Source: Elusimicrobiota bacterium
GTDB taxonomy: Bacteria; Elusimicrobiota; Elusimicrobia; FEN-1173
DNA: 64,000 nucleotides
NCBI GenBank assembly: GCA_016715645.1
Contig: JADJZR010000008.1
Location: forward strand, 48,241 to 112,240
Reading direction: 5' to 3'
Within the stretch, counting starts at the first letter, position 1, and every line of letters begins with the position of its first letter. A model generated the notes under the pieces. It did not search any database, was not told the origin of the DNA, and saw nothing but the letters and a program-made list of their open reading frames with translations. The position numbers were made by a program, and so were the translations under genes. Positions 27,677 through 40,741 of the stretch are shown in pieces.

Positions 27677-28641
27677 TGTTCGAAGGGAATGGGATTAAAC
27701 GTTATCTGTCTCAGTCACACCCATTCCCTTGGCAAAAAAGAGGTTTGATATTTGAGCCCGTTGGCTTGGATTATTCGCACGGTAGCCATCCCTGCGCATT
27801 TCATTTAAAAGAGGATCTTTTCCTTATTGCATTCACCCGTCGGGATGCCCAACAACGATCTCACATCTTTTTGTCCCACGCCACGGTTTCTGAAGGTCGG
27901 GTCGTGTTGCATGGAAATCCAACGCTCGCCTTGCGTCCTGGAAATACCGGTTGCTTTGATTGCGATGGGGTCATCAGTGTCTGTTTTGTGGCCCATCAGG
28001 GGCAAACGTATTTGTATTTTGTAGGTTGGCAAAATCTTCCGGAGGGCATGTGGATATGCGACACGGGTCGGGCACGGCTCGATTTCAATCAGCTCACGTT
28101 AACGAAAGAGTTTCCAGGTCCCGTGCTTGGTCGCGATAAATCAAATCCGCTTTTCGCCGCCGCCACAGCTTTCCACATAACGGAGGATGGTCTTTGGCAG
28201 ACGTGGTATAACTCCGGGATTAAATGGGAAAAGACTTCCCAAGGAATGAAGCCTATTTATGGGATCCATTACGCCCACTCATTAGATGGCATTGAATGGG
28301 TTTGTCACCCTGGTTTATGTTTGCCGTTTGCCGATGAATTTGAATATGCATTTGGGCGGCCAAGTGTGGTTAAAGTTGACGATACTTATTTCATGTGGTA
28401 TGCGCACCGTGCCTCGAGGAACATAGATAGTTATCGGATGGGATTTTCCTCTTCAACGGATGGACGTTATTGGTGTCGAAACGATCTCTTGGCAGGAATT
28501 GATGTTTCTGTATCGGGATGGGATAGTGAAATGATTTGTTATCCCTATGTGTTTAGCCATAAGGGATGGATGTATATGCTCTACAATGGAAACGGGTTTG
28601 GGAAAACGGGTTTTGGTTTAGCGGTGCTGGAGCCATCGTAA
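27673..28641 (+). CDS. Beta-propeller protein, glycoside-hydrolase/sialidase-like (GH43/GH130/BNR-type); function uncertain
   Basis: Repeated W/Y-rich blade-like segments and an Asp-box-like SSSTDGRYW. Assignment is by composition and pattern only. Confidence 0.3.
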   Translation: MMFEGNGIKRYLSQSHPFPWQKRGLIFEPVGLDYSHGSHPCAFHLKEDLFLIAFTRRDAQQRSHIFLSHATVSEGRVVLHGNPTLALRPGNTGCFDCDGVISVCFVAHQGQTYLYFVGWQNLPEGMWICDTGRARLDFNQLTLTKEFPGPVLGRDKSNPLFAAATAFHITEDGLWQTWYNSGIKWEKTSQGMKPIYGIHYAHSLDGIEWVCHPGLCLPFADEFEYAFGRPSVVKVDDTYFMWYAHRASRNIDSYRMGFSSSTDGRYWCRNDLLAGIDVSVSGWDSEMICYPYVFSHKGWMYMLYNGNGFGKTGFGLAVLEPS

Positions 28642-29312
28642 TGAAAAGAATCGTTCTGGCGGGCAATGCCATCACCGCAAGGGTTCTTATTCCCCTCTTA
28701 CGGGGTGACAAAAGGTATGAGGTCGTGGGTTTTGTCGTTGATGATGAGTTTCTTATAAAGGAGAGCCGTGAGGATTTTGCGACTGTGGGAATGTCTCGCG
28801 TTAGAGACGTCTATACTCCCAATCAGTGTCGGGTGGTGATGGCGGTCGGCTACAACGACCTTAACCGTGTGCGTGAATCCTTGTTTGCCCGACTCAAGAG
28901 CATGGGATATGAAATGGAGACCTACGTCCATCCGGACGCGCGGGTCTATACCGCACATCCGCTTGGCGAAGGTTGTGTCGTGTTTCCCGGAGCAGTGATT
29001 GAACCGGAAGCGTATCTCGGCGCCAATACCATGGTCTGGAGCAACGTGACTCTCGCGCACCACAGTCGTGTGGCGGAAAACTGTTGGATCGCCGCAGGGG
29101 CCGTTATTTCAGGACAAGCCAAGGTGTTGCGAAACACGTTTGTTGGTGTGAATGCAACGGTGGTCAACGACGTTACTGTGGGAGAGTACAATATTGTGGG
29201 AGCAAATGCCCTCATTTCCAAAGACACAAAACCTCAATCCGTTCATTTGGCTCGCTCAGCGGAAACTGTGCGGTTTTTGGCGGAAGATTACAAGAAGTTT
29301 TTCAGGATCTGA
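28641..29312 (+). CDS. Sugar acetyltransferase, NeuD/PglB family (hexapeptide repeat)
   Basis: ATG at 28641 (TAATG overlap). MKRIVLAGNAITARVL Rossmann-like N-terminus and hexapeptide repeats (VGVNATVVNDVTVGEYNIVGANALI). Confidence 0.65.
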   Translation: MKRIVLAGNAITARVLIPLLRGDKRYEVVGFVVDDEFLIKESREDFATVGMSRVRDVYTPNQCRVVMAVGYNDLNRVRESLFARLKSMGYEMETYVHPDARVYTAHPLGEGCVVFPGAVIEPEAYLGANTMVWSNVTLAHHSRVAENCWIAAGAVISGQAKVLRNTFVGVNATVVNDVTVGEYNIVGANALISKDTKPQSVHLARSAETVRFLAEDYKKFFRI

Positions 29313-29313
29313 A

Positions 29314-29553
29314 ATGAATAAACGGTTGGCTTCGATCCTTGCCGAAGTGTTTCATATTCGAGAAACTGAAATTCATCCTAAACTTACCAAAGCCGATGTG
29401 GGGGCTTGGGATTCCTTAAAACAAATGGATTTAGTCGTTGTCCTGGAAAGATCCTATGGGATCGAATTAAGCATCCCCGACATTCTTCGAATGGGATCGG
29501 TTTCTGCCATCATGGATGTGTTGAAGGAAAAAGGGGTGAACCTTGGAGATTAG
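29314..29553 (+). CDS. Acyl/peptidyl carrier protein (stand-alone, DltC/ACP-like)
   Basis: 79 aa. The GAWDSLKQMDLVVVLE segment contains the conserved DSL phosphopantetheine-attachment serine in a 4-helix-sized protein. Confidence 0.65.
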   Translation: MNKRLASILAEVFHIRETEIHPKLTKADVGAWDSLKQMDLVVVLERSYGIELSIPDILRMGSVSAIMDVLKEKGVNLGD

Positions 29554-30283
29554 AGGGACCGTCGCATTGGTCACGGGAGGGGCTCAGGGATTGGGATTGG
29601 CCATTGTGAACCATCTGGTCGCACTGGGGGCCACTGTTATTGTCGCTGACCGGGACGACCAGGCAATCAAAAAGCTCCCCAAAAATTTGGAGGCGGTCCA
29701 CATGGACGTCACCCAAGTCGAGTCGGTCAGGACCGGGGTGGCGGGCATTGTCGACCGTCACGGTCGTCTCGACATACTTGTAAATAATGCCGGGGTGATA
29801 TCGAGCGAGCCATTTGTAAACATAATGAATCCCGCAGGAATCATGCATGATTACGGGCGCTTCCGTGAATCCATCACGGTAAATTTGGATTCAGTTTTTA
29901 TCGTTACCTCCGCTGTGGTGGAGTTTATGGTCAAACGCAGGACCAAAGGTGTTATCGTTAATATCAGCTCCATCAGCGCTTGCGGCAATGAAGGACAAAC
30001 GGCCTATTCGGCCGCCAAAGCGGGAGTAGACGCTATGACGGTCACCTGGTCAAAAGAATTGGGCCCCTGGGGAATTCGTTGTAATGCCGTGGCTCCCGGC
30101 TTTATCGGAACAGAATCCACCCGCCGCGCCTTAAAGGAACCCATTCTGAAACATATCCAAACAGACACGCCTCTGGGGCGACTGGGGGATGCTCACGAAG
30201 TGGCTCAAACCGTCGGTTTTGTCATTCAAAATGACTTCATCAACGGCGCCGTCTTGAATGTGAACGGAGGGTTGAGAATATAA
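29543..30283 (+). CDS. Short-chain dehydrogenase/reductase (FabG-like 3-oxoacyl reductase)
   Basis: TGGAQGLGLAIV (TGxxxGxG); NNAG; catalytic YSAAK. Confidence 0.8.
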   Translation: MEIRGTVALVTGGAQGLGLAIVNHLVALGATVIVADRDDQAIKKLPKNLEAVHMDVTQVESVRTGVAGIVDRHGRLDILVNNAGVISSEPFVNIMNPAGIMHDYGRFRESITVNLDSVFIVTSAVVEFMVKRRTKGVIVNISSISACGNEGQTAYSAAKAGVDAMTVTWSKELGPWGIRCNAVAPGFIGTESTRRALKEPILKHIQTDTPLGRLGDAHEVAQTVGFVIQNDFINGAVLNVNGGLRI

Positions 30284-30284
30284 A

Positions 30285-31073
30285 ATGATCAAATTGACAA
30301 GCTCACATTATCCCCAGGCGTACGAGCTTTATTACCAGCATAAAGCGTTCTTCCCAATAATTGCTGGGGTATTGCTTTGTGAGCAAGATGGTGTTGTCTA
30401 CACCGACAATCTTGCTGTGCCCAGTCAATTCTATGTGGAGCATACTTTTGGATTTGCACAGATCTTCGGTTTGCCGGTTTTTCCTTTTGAGGCGGACTTA
30501 CGCGATTATCTGTTCTATCGCCGGGATTTTTTGTCCTCAAAAGTTCGGTTGTATACGCCAAATCATCCAAGCTTTCTGGAATCGCCGGAATGGGAAAGAT
30601 TGTGTTCCAAACGTCAACGATTTACTCTTTCTCCTTTTGGTGACATGAGGGTCGAAAAGTTGGGTGGACTTCACTTCCCACAAACCGTTGAAATTGAAGA
30701 CGTAGATAGCAGCAATGTCGAGTTGATCCAAAAACATTTCGGTGTGGTTAGCCGATTTTGGCGAACGGCCGGAGACTTTATTTCTAAGGGTAAACCTGTT
30801 GTGGCCTTCTTTAAGGGAATTCCAGCCGCCATTTGTTACGCCGCTGCTGTTGCAGATGATCAGGCGGAAATTGATGTGTTCACTGTCCCTGATTACAGGT
30901 GTTTGGGATTAGGGAGGTTGGTTGTTCAACTTTTCCTTAAGCAATGCCAGTCTACAGGGATGATACCGGTTTGGGATTGCTTCATTAACAATGTCGGTTC
31001 GATGGCCCTATGTCAATCGACTGGTTTTGTCCCGGCCGGTGCCCCCTACCCGTTTTTTACAATTGCCAAATAA
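30285..31073 (+). CDS. Hypothetical protein with C-terminal GNAT-like acyltransferase fold
   Basis: RCLGLGRLVVQLF resembles GNAT motif A (R/Q-x-x-G-x-G/A). The N-terminal half is unrecognised. Confidence 0.35.
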   Translation: MIKLTSSHYPQAYELYYQHKAFFPIIAGVLLCEQDGVVYTDNLAVPSQFYVEHTFGFAQIFGLPVFPFEADLRDYLFYRRDFLSSKVRLYTPNHPSFLESPEWERLCSKRQRFTLSPFGDMRVEKLGGLHFPQTVEIEDVDSSNVELIQKHFGVVSRFWRTAGDFISKGKPVVAFFKGIPAAICYAAAVADDQAEIDVFTVPDYRCLGLGRLVVQLFLKQCQSTGMIPVWDCFINNVGSMALCQSTGFVPAGAPYPFFTIAK

Positions 31074-31093
31074 ATTTTTATACTGGACACCTT

Positions 31094-32644
31094 GTGTTTC
31101 CTCATTATTTTAACCTCGGTGTTCCTTTCGCTCAAATCCTGGCAACTTACGCCACGCATACGGCTCTTCACTATTCGGAGAGGGTGTATCGCTACGAGAC
31201 ACTAAGTCAATGGATGGATTCTCTTTGTGCATTGTTGTTAGTCCGTGGGGTGAAAAAGGGAGATGTCATTGCCATCGCCCATACCAAACAGCCCCTGGCC
31301 TACGCATTAATGCTGGCCGGGATTCGGTTAGGGGTGACTTACGTTATCATCGATGTTGCGTCCCCCGCCACACGCCTCCATCGGATTCTTGATATCAGTA
31401 AACCTTCCCATCTTTTTTTCGATGACCCGGGTGACCAAAAGGCGATGTCTGATTTAGCAGAAAAGCAGGGTTGCCCCTTGTGGTTGTTGGAGGAAGCCAC
31501 TTTGCCTGAGGTGACCGATGCTGATCGGACTGAGCAGCATCGTCTTTCTCGGTTGGTGGATGGATCCTGTATCGCTTACATTATGTTTACCTCGGGATCA
31601 ACCGGAGTGCCCAAAGGCGTTGCCATCACCCACCAGAACGTGCTGCACTTTATCGCCTGGGGCCAAGAACGCTTTGGTATTACCGAAAAAGATAATTTTG
31701 CGAATCTGAGTCCGATGTTCTTCGACAATTCCGTTTTTGATTTTTTTGTCGGCCTATTTTCTGGGGCGTCGCTCTCCCCTGTGCGTCGTGAAGTTCTGAC
31801 GAATCCATATGAATTAGTCCCGTATGTGGGCCGGATGGGTTGCACCGTATGGTTTTCGGTTCCCTCGTTGCTCATTTATCTTATGACCATGAAGGCGCTG
31901 ACGCCGGGGTCTCTGCCAGCTTTGAGAACCATCGTGTTTGGTGGGGAAGGGTATCCCAAGGTCGAGTTGAAGAAGCTCTATGATCTCTTTTCAAGGCAGG
32001 CCACACTCGTTAATGTATATGGCCCAACAGAATGCACGTGCATTTGCAGCAGCCACTCACTGGGGGCGGACGATTTTATCGACCTAGAGGGCTTGCCAAC
32101 ACTGGGGTTTCTTAATCCAAACTTCGATTATCGTATCTTTGATGAACAAGGCCGGGATGCCACCCGTGGAGAGCTGTGTCTGATTGGTCCGAACGTGGGG
32201 GCCGGCTATTTCAATGATCCGGAGCTTACCGGTTCAGTTTTTCGCACCCTTATGGACTCCAATCGTTTCATGAAGCGCATGTATTGTACTGGCGATCAAG
32301 TGCGAGAGGTTAATGGAAGACTTGATTTCATTGGAAGGAAAGATAACCAAATCAAACATTTGGGCTATCGCATTGAATTGGAAGAAATTGAGTGTGCGTT
32401 GCTGAAACTGACCCACGTGCATCAGGCCGCGGTGGTCTACCACCGTGTGAATGCCGCTTATGGAAAGCTGGTAGCTTATGTAGCTTCTTCCGAGCCATTA
32501 GACGGTGGTGATTTGCTCAAAGCACTAGCCAGGTCCCTGCCTGATTATATGGTTCCCAGCAAAGTCTTTGTGATGTCGAAATTGCCGATAAACCCAAATG
32601 GAAAAGTTGACCGTTTGACCCTGCGGGAAATGTTAGACAATTAA
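31094..32644 (+). CDS. Stand-alone adenylation (AMP-binding) domain enzyme, NRPS-A/DltA-like carrier-protein ligase
   Basis: GTG start inferred at 31094. YIMFTSGSTGVPKGV (A3 core), YGPTE (A5), YCTGDQV (A7), GRKDNQIKHLGYRIELEEIE (A8), PNGKVDR (A10). Confidence 0.75.
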   Translation: MFPHYFNLGVPFAQILATYATHTALHYSERVYRYETLSQWMDSLCALLLVRGVKKGDVIAIAHTKQPLAYALMLAGIRLGVTYVIIDVASPATRLHRILDISKPSHLFFDDPGDQKAMSDLAEKQGCPLWLLEEATLPEVTDADRTEQHRLSRLVDGSCIAYIMFTSGSTGVPKGVAITHQNVLHFIAWGQERFGITEKDNFANLSPMFFDNSVFDFFVGLFSGASLSPVRREVLTNPYELVPYVGRMGCTVWFSVPSLLIYLMTMKALTPGSLPALRTIVFGGEGYPKVELKKLYDLFSRQATLVNVYGPTECTCICSSHSLGADDFIDLEGLPTLGFLNPNFDYRIFDEQGRDATRGELCLIGPNVGAGYFNDPELTGSVFRTLMDSNRFMKRMYCTGDQVREVNGRLDFIGRKDNQIKHLGYRIELEEIECALLKLTHVHQAAVVYHRVNAAYGKLVAYVASSEPLDGGDLLKALARSLPDYMVPSKVFVMSKLPINPNGKVDRLTLREMLDN

Positions 32645-32671
32645 AGGGGTCGGAGGTATGGCTTTGAGGAA

Positions 32672-33550
32672 GTGTCCGTGATTGTCTGTCCCTCTTGTGG
32701 ATCGACAGAAATAAACCCGCAAGTCGGGTGTGCCTGTTGCGGGTTCAAAACCATGCGTGTGGATGGTTTCCCAGCCTGGGCGACCGATCTGACAAAACGG
32801 GATGAAGGGTTTTCCGCCCAAAATTTTGAAAGGCTAGCACAGGTTGAGGCCGATTCATTTTGGTTTCGGTCCAGAAATGCGCTTATCCTGTGGGTGATTC
32901 ATAAAGATGTTCACCGAATCGGGTCCTTGCTTGAGGTTGGGTGCGGCACGGGTTTTGTTCTGGCCGCTATTGCGAAAAAATTCCCGGGCGTGAGAATCGT
33001 GGGGGCCGATACCCATACAGCTGGACTGTCATTTGCTGCCCATCGTGTGCCCACTGCCGAACTTCTCCAAATGGACGCTCGGCAACAAATTTTCGTGGAC
33101 GAATTTGATGTAATAGCCGCATTCGACGTTATTGAGCACATACAGGAAGACGAAACAGTCCTTCGTAACTTCCACCGAGCGATTAAACCCGGTGGGACAT
33201 GCCTGATCACAGTCCCCCAACACCCCCGGTTGTGGAGCTCAATTGACGAGGAATCGTGCCACAAGAGGCGCTATCGCTCCAAAGAACTTCATGAAAAATT
33301 GGAATCGGCCGGTTTCCGAATTGTTCGAAGCACTTCTTTCGTCACCTTTCTATTGCCTTTTCTTTTTCTCTCAAGGATGACCACAGGAGTCATTGGTAAA
33401 AAGGTGAATGATCGGGCTCTCCATCTGAACCCGTTACTTGATATCGTTCTGGAGGCGGTCATGTTTTTGGAACGCCAACTAATCAAACTTGGGTTTTCAT
33501 TGCCCCTGGGGGGGTCACGGCTCGTGGTGGCTGTGCGAAAAGATGATTAA
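32672..33550 (+). CDS. Class I SAM-dependent methyltransferase with N-terminal Zn-ribbon
   Basis: CPSCGS...CACCGF followed by LLEVGCGTGFVL motif I. GTG start. Confidence 0.6.
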   Translation: MSVIVCPSCGSTEINPQVGCACCGFKTMRVDGFPAWATDLTKRDEGFSAQNFERLAQVEADSFWFRSRNALILWVIHKDVHRIGSLLEVGCGTGFVLAAIAKKFPGVRIVGADTHTAGLSFAAHRVPTAELLQMDARQQIFVDEFDVIAAFDVIEHIQEDETVLRNFHRAIKPGGTCLITVPQHPRLWSSIDEESCHKRRYRSKELHEKLESAGFRIVRSTSFVTFLLPFLFLSRMTTGVIGKKVNDRALHLNPLLDIVLEAVMFLERQLIKLGFSLPLGGSRLVVAVRKDD

Positions 33551-33748
33551 CCTCTCCGAATCAGCCCGATCGCCTAGTGGCTGGACTCTGTCTGCCCGCG
33601 ATGGGGTCATCCTGTTTCGCTGCTTTTCGAAATGGTTAACCAAAAGAATTCAGTTGACGGAGCACTTGCGTCCGGGAGGGTTCATTAATTCTGCTCCAAT
33701 CACTGTCGACGGTAGCCCCGCTCCAACCGGGGAATCCCGGTTAATCAA

Positions 33749-34894
33749 ATGAATTCAGATATTATCCCATTCAATCGTCCATATTTGACGGGAAAGGAAC
33801 TTTCCAATATTTCCCAGGCGTATTCCAATTCACAACTGGCGGGGGATGGGCCCTTTTCTCGGCGTTGCCATCAATGGCTTCAAAAACAAACAGGAAGTAA
33901 GAGCGCTTTGTTAACCCATTCGTGCACGGCAGCGCTCGAGATGGCCGCGTTGTTGCTTGATATTTGTCCTGGTGATGAAATCATAATGCCTTCATACACT
34001 TTTGTTTCAACCGCCAACGCTTTTGTCCTTCGGGGGGGAGTCCCTGTGTTTGTCGATATTCGGTATGATACACTCAATATTAATGAGCAATTAATTGAGG
34101 TGGCCATCACATCACGAACGAAGGCCATAGTCGCCGTGCACTACGCCGGGGTGGCCTGTGAAATGGATTCAATTCTTGCTGTTGCCAAACGACATTCGGT
34201 TAGAGTCGTGGAGGATGCGGCGCAGGGAGTGATGGCGAGATACAAAGGGCGGCCCCTGGGGAGTCTTGGAGATCTTGGCGCTTACAGCTTTCATGAAACC
34301 AAGAACGTGATTTCCGGAGAAGGGGGGTGCCTGCTTGTAAATAATCCGGAATGGGTGACGCGGGCAGAAATTCTCAGACAAAAAGGGACAGACCGGAGTC
34401 GTTTCGATCGTGGAGAAGTTGATCGATATACCTGGAGGGATATGGGGTCTTCATTTCTTCCAGGTGAATTAACGGCGGCTTTCCTATGGGCTCAATTGGA
34501 AGAGGCAGATCAAATCACTCGAGAGAGAGTGAAAATTTGGCGTCGATATCAGGATCTGACATTAACCTGGGAAGAGAAGGGCGTGCTGCGTCGACCCGTT
34601 GTGCCGCAAGATTGTCAGCATAATGGCCACACATTTTTCGTCCTTTTGCCGGATGGCGTAGACAGGAAAATGGTTATCAAGGGGCTCTCAGATGAAAGAA
34701 TCAACGCGATATTCCATTTTGTCCCTCTCCACTCATCCCCTTACGGAAAGGCTCGCGGTCGCACCAGTGGACCCATGACGAACACGGAAAATCTTTCGTT
34801 AAGGATTATTCGACTTCCCCTGTGGATCGGAATGACCAACGATCAACAAACGCGGGTTGTGGAAACTTTAGGAAACATGCTCACGCGGCGATGA
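33749..34894 (+). CDS. wecE: dTDP-4-amino-4,6-dideoxygalactose-type sugar transaminase (WecE/RffA-like DegT family)
   Basis: Very close to the E. coli WecE pattern throughout: IPFNRPYLTGKEL...GDGPFSRRCHQWL...LLTHSCTAALEMAALLLDI.PGDEIIMPSYTFVSTANAFVLRGG.PVFVD...HYAGVACEMD...VVEDAAQGVM..YKGR.LG...FHETKN...GEGG. Confidence 0.8.
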   Translation: MNSDIIPFNRPYLTGKELSNISQAYSNSQLAGDGPFSRRCHQWLQKQTGSKSALLTHSCTAALEMAALLLDICPGDEIIMPSYTFVSTANAFVLRGGVPVFVDIRYDTLNINEQLIEVAITSRTKAIVAVHYAGVACEMDSILAVAKRHSVRVVEDAAQGVMARYKGRPLGSLGDLGAYSFHETKNVISGEGGCLLVNNPEWVTRAEILRQKGTDRSRFDRGEVDRYTWRDMGSSFLPGELTAAFLWAQLEEADQITRERVKIWRRYQDLTLTWEEKGVLRRPVVPQDCQHNGHTFFVLLPDGVDRKMVIKGLSDERINAIFHFVPLHSSPYGKARGRTSGPMTNTENLSLRIIRLPLWIGMTNDQQTRVVETLGNMLTRR

Positions 34895-34907
34895 GGAGGG
34901 ATGAGTC

Positions 34908-35603
34908 ATGAAACAAAAAACAACCAAAGAAGTCCAATACATGGACCATTTATTACTGAAGGAGGCCCAGGGTCTGACGCCATTGGGCCTGCGGGCGAAC
35001 ATGACGTGGCATGAGGACCCTCGCCGGTTCATGATTGTCCTTTCCCGTTATAAATTCGTTGCAAAAATGTTGAGCGGAAAAAAGAGGGTGTTGGAAGTCG
35101 GGTGTGGGGACGCATTTGGTTCCCGCCTTCTTCTTCAGGAGGTTGGTTCTCTCTGCGCCATTGATTTCGATCCGGTCTTTGTGGAGGACGTCAAAAACCG
35201 GATGGATAAGAATTGGGCATTTGATTGCAGGGTCCATGACATTCTTTCAGGGCCTGTGGAGAAAGAGGCTTTTGACGCCGCCTATGCGCTTGACATCATT
35301 GAACATATTCCAAAGACAGAAGAGCAACGCTTCATGACCAATATAACGAGATCATTAAAAAACGACGGAGTTTTAATTCTTGGAACACCCTCTGTGCAGT
35401 CCCAAATCTATGCCTCCAAATGGAGTCGTGAAGGGCACATCAATTGTAAGGATCACAAGGAACTGAAGGAATTAGTTCTGGGTTATTTTGAGAACGTTTT
35501 TCTTTTTTCAATGAACGATGAAGTGGTCCACACGGGTTTTTCCCCCATGGCCCATTATCTCTTTGTCATTGCTTGCGGAAAAAAACCTGAAAGAAATTTC
35601 TAA
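34908..35603 (+). CDS. Class I SAM-dependent methyltransferase
   Basis: VLEVGCGDAFGSRLL motif I; DIIEHIP. Confidence 0.6.
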   Translation: MKQKTTKEVQYMDHLLLKEAQGLTPLGLRANMTWHEDPRRFMIVLSRYKFVAKMLSGKKRVLEVGCGDAFGSRLLLQEVGSLCAIDFDPVFVEDVKNRMDKNWAFDCRVHDILSGPVEKEAFDAAYALDIIEHIPKTEEQRFMTNITRSLKNDGVLILGTPSVQSQIYASKWSREGHINCKDHKELKELVLGYFENVFLFSMNDEVVHTGFSPMAHYLFVIACGKKPERNF

Positions 35604-35627
35604 AAGCCGAAAGGTTTTAAGGGCAAA

Positions 35628-36874
35628 ATGACCCGTGGTATGGATTTTTTTGTTAACCAATTCAACCAAATTCGGAAAGGAGGTCGGCCAGCCTTTTTTC
35701 AAAGGATCTGGAACCTCACCGGCCTGCTACTAGCCGTCGTCCCGGTTGTATTGATTCGACTCCTCCGGCCGTTTGTTTTAATCCGACTGGGAAGGCTGGA
35801 AAGCAGGCGAATAGGACATTTCATCTCGGACCCTGAATTTTATCTTTCCGAGAAAGAGTGTGGAATGCAGCCTCTCCGGACCATTGACATATTTTGTTAC
35901 GCGGCATGGATATGCAATAAACAGATTAAGAAAATGTGTGATCGCGCTCTTCACACGACAAGGGTATTTCGACATATGTACCGAGTCAACCAACTATTGC
36001 CGGGTGGAAAACCCCACACGATTTCCATCATCACGGCGGAGCGGCACAACAGTCGGGATGTTCTTGGTCTTTTGCGTAAAACCCCAGTGCACTTAAAGTT
36101 AACCGCCCAAGAGGAAAAGCGTGGGATGCGTGAACTTCAAGCTTTTGGAGTCCCAGAGGGGGGCCCTTTTGTTTGTTTTCATGCTCGGGATTCGGTCTAC
36201 CTGAACACCGTCATGCCGGGGTTTGATTTTAGTTATCATGATTATCGGGACAGCGAGATATTAAACTACTTACAAGCCGCGGAAGAGCTGACTCGCAGGG
36301 GCTATTTCGTCTTTAGAATGGGGGCCCACATTGGGAAAAAGCTCCCGACTGGAAATCCAATGATTATTGACTATGCCAGTCATTGGCGAACAGACTTTAT
36401 GGATATTTATCTCGCCGCGAAATGTCGTTTCTTCTTGGGCTGTAGCTCGGGAATAGATTTTGTTGCAACTATCTATCGGCGACCAATCGCCTACGTTAAT
36501 GTTCTCCCTTTCGAGTTAGTTCCAAGTTGGGGTCCCGAGGATTTGTTTATCCCTAAAAAGTTGCGGTTGATTCGCGAAAACCGATTCATGAGTTTTCAAG
36601 AAATACTGACATCTGGCGCCGGCAAATTCAGTTCTACGCAGGATTATTCCAGGCGGGGGATCCAAGTGGTTGAAAACTCCCCAAATGAAATTGCCGACTT
36701 GACAACCGAAATGGATGAAAGACTAAAGGGAACATGGAATATTTTGGAAGAGGATAAAGAATTGCAAAAGCGATTTTGGTCTCTTTTTAAATTCAGCAAA
36801 GTTCATGGAGAGATCTTGTCCCCTGTGGGCGCTGTCTTCTTGCGACAAAACCGCCAACTTCTCGAGTCGAACCC

Positions 36875-36878
<4 letters not shown>
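35628..36878 (+). CDS. Hypothetical protein (possible glycosyltransferase of the O-antigen-locus TIGR04372-like type); family not confidently recognised
   Basis: One N-terminal hydrophobic segment, 416 aa, no canonical motifs identified. Confidence 0.25.
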
Positions 36879-39952
<3,074 letters not shown>

Positions 39953-39956
<4 letters not shown>

Positions 39957-40741
39957 TCCTGGGTATCGTTCAGGCGAGGATGGGCTCTTCTCGTTTACCG
40001 GGAAAAACCCTCATGCCAATCGTCGGTCGTCCAATGTTGGAACTTCTTCTTGAACGTGTGAGACGTTCTCGCCTATTAAACCGGATCGTGGTGGCGACAA
40101 CTCAGGAACCGGAAGATCTCGCGATTGCGAACTTGTGTGAAAAGCTAGGGATAGGTTGTCAGAGGGGATCGACCCACGATGTGCTGGACCGATTTTACCA
40201 GGCTGCTCGTTTCTGCCACCCCTTGCATGTAGTCCGAATCACGGGAGATTGTCCCTTGATTGACCCGACTCTTATCGACGAAATGATTGAATTTTATATC
40301 CATGGAGAATTTGATTATGTGAGCAACGCCCTTATCCCATCGTTTCCAGACGGCCTCGACGCGGAAATCTTTCGTTTCGCTGTTCTTGAACGGGTTTGGA
40401 GGGAAGCCACTCTTACATCGGAACGGGAGCATGTGACCCCTTTAATTTACAAACATCCGGAGATCTTTCGCGTGAAAAATTATTCGAGCATTCAAGGTCT
40501 TTCTTCTTTGCGCTGGACGGTTGACGCACACGAAGATTTCCTTTTCGTCTCGCGCATTTTCGAGGCTCTTTATACTTTTAACGCCGCATTTGGTTATACG
40601 GATGTGTTGGATCTCCTCCACCGCCATCCGGAACTTTTGACTTTGAATGCTCGGTTTAGGCGAAACGAGGGTTATGCCCATTCTTTAGAAACAGATCTTC
40701 CCTTCCAAGGACAGGTTAACAAAGGAGGATTCAATGGTTAA
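39953..40741 (+). CDS. pseF: Cytidylyltransferase of the acylneuraminate-CMP-transferase/SpsF family (candidate CMP-pseudaminic acid synthetase)
   Basis: MILGIVQARMGSSRLPGKTL (ATGA overlap start). Co-located with pseB/C/G/H/I. Confidence 0.6.

Noticed and set aside
33489-33752. 87-aa ORF bridging the methyltransferase 3' end and the 200-bp gap before the WecE-like gene
   Set aside because: It overlaps the preceding gene and has no motifs. The gap more likely holds regulatory sequence.
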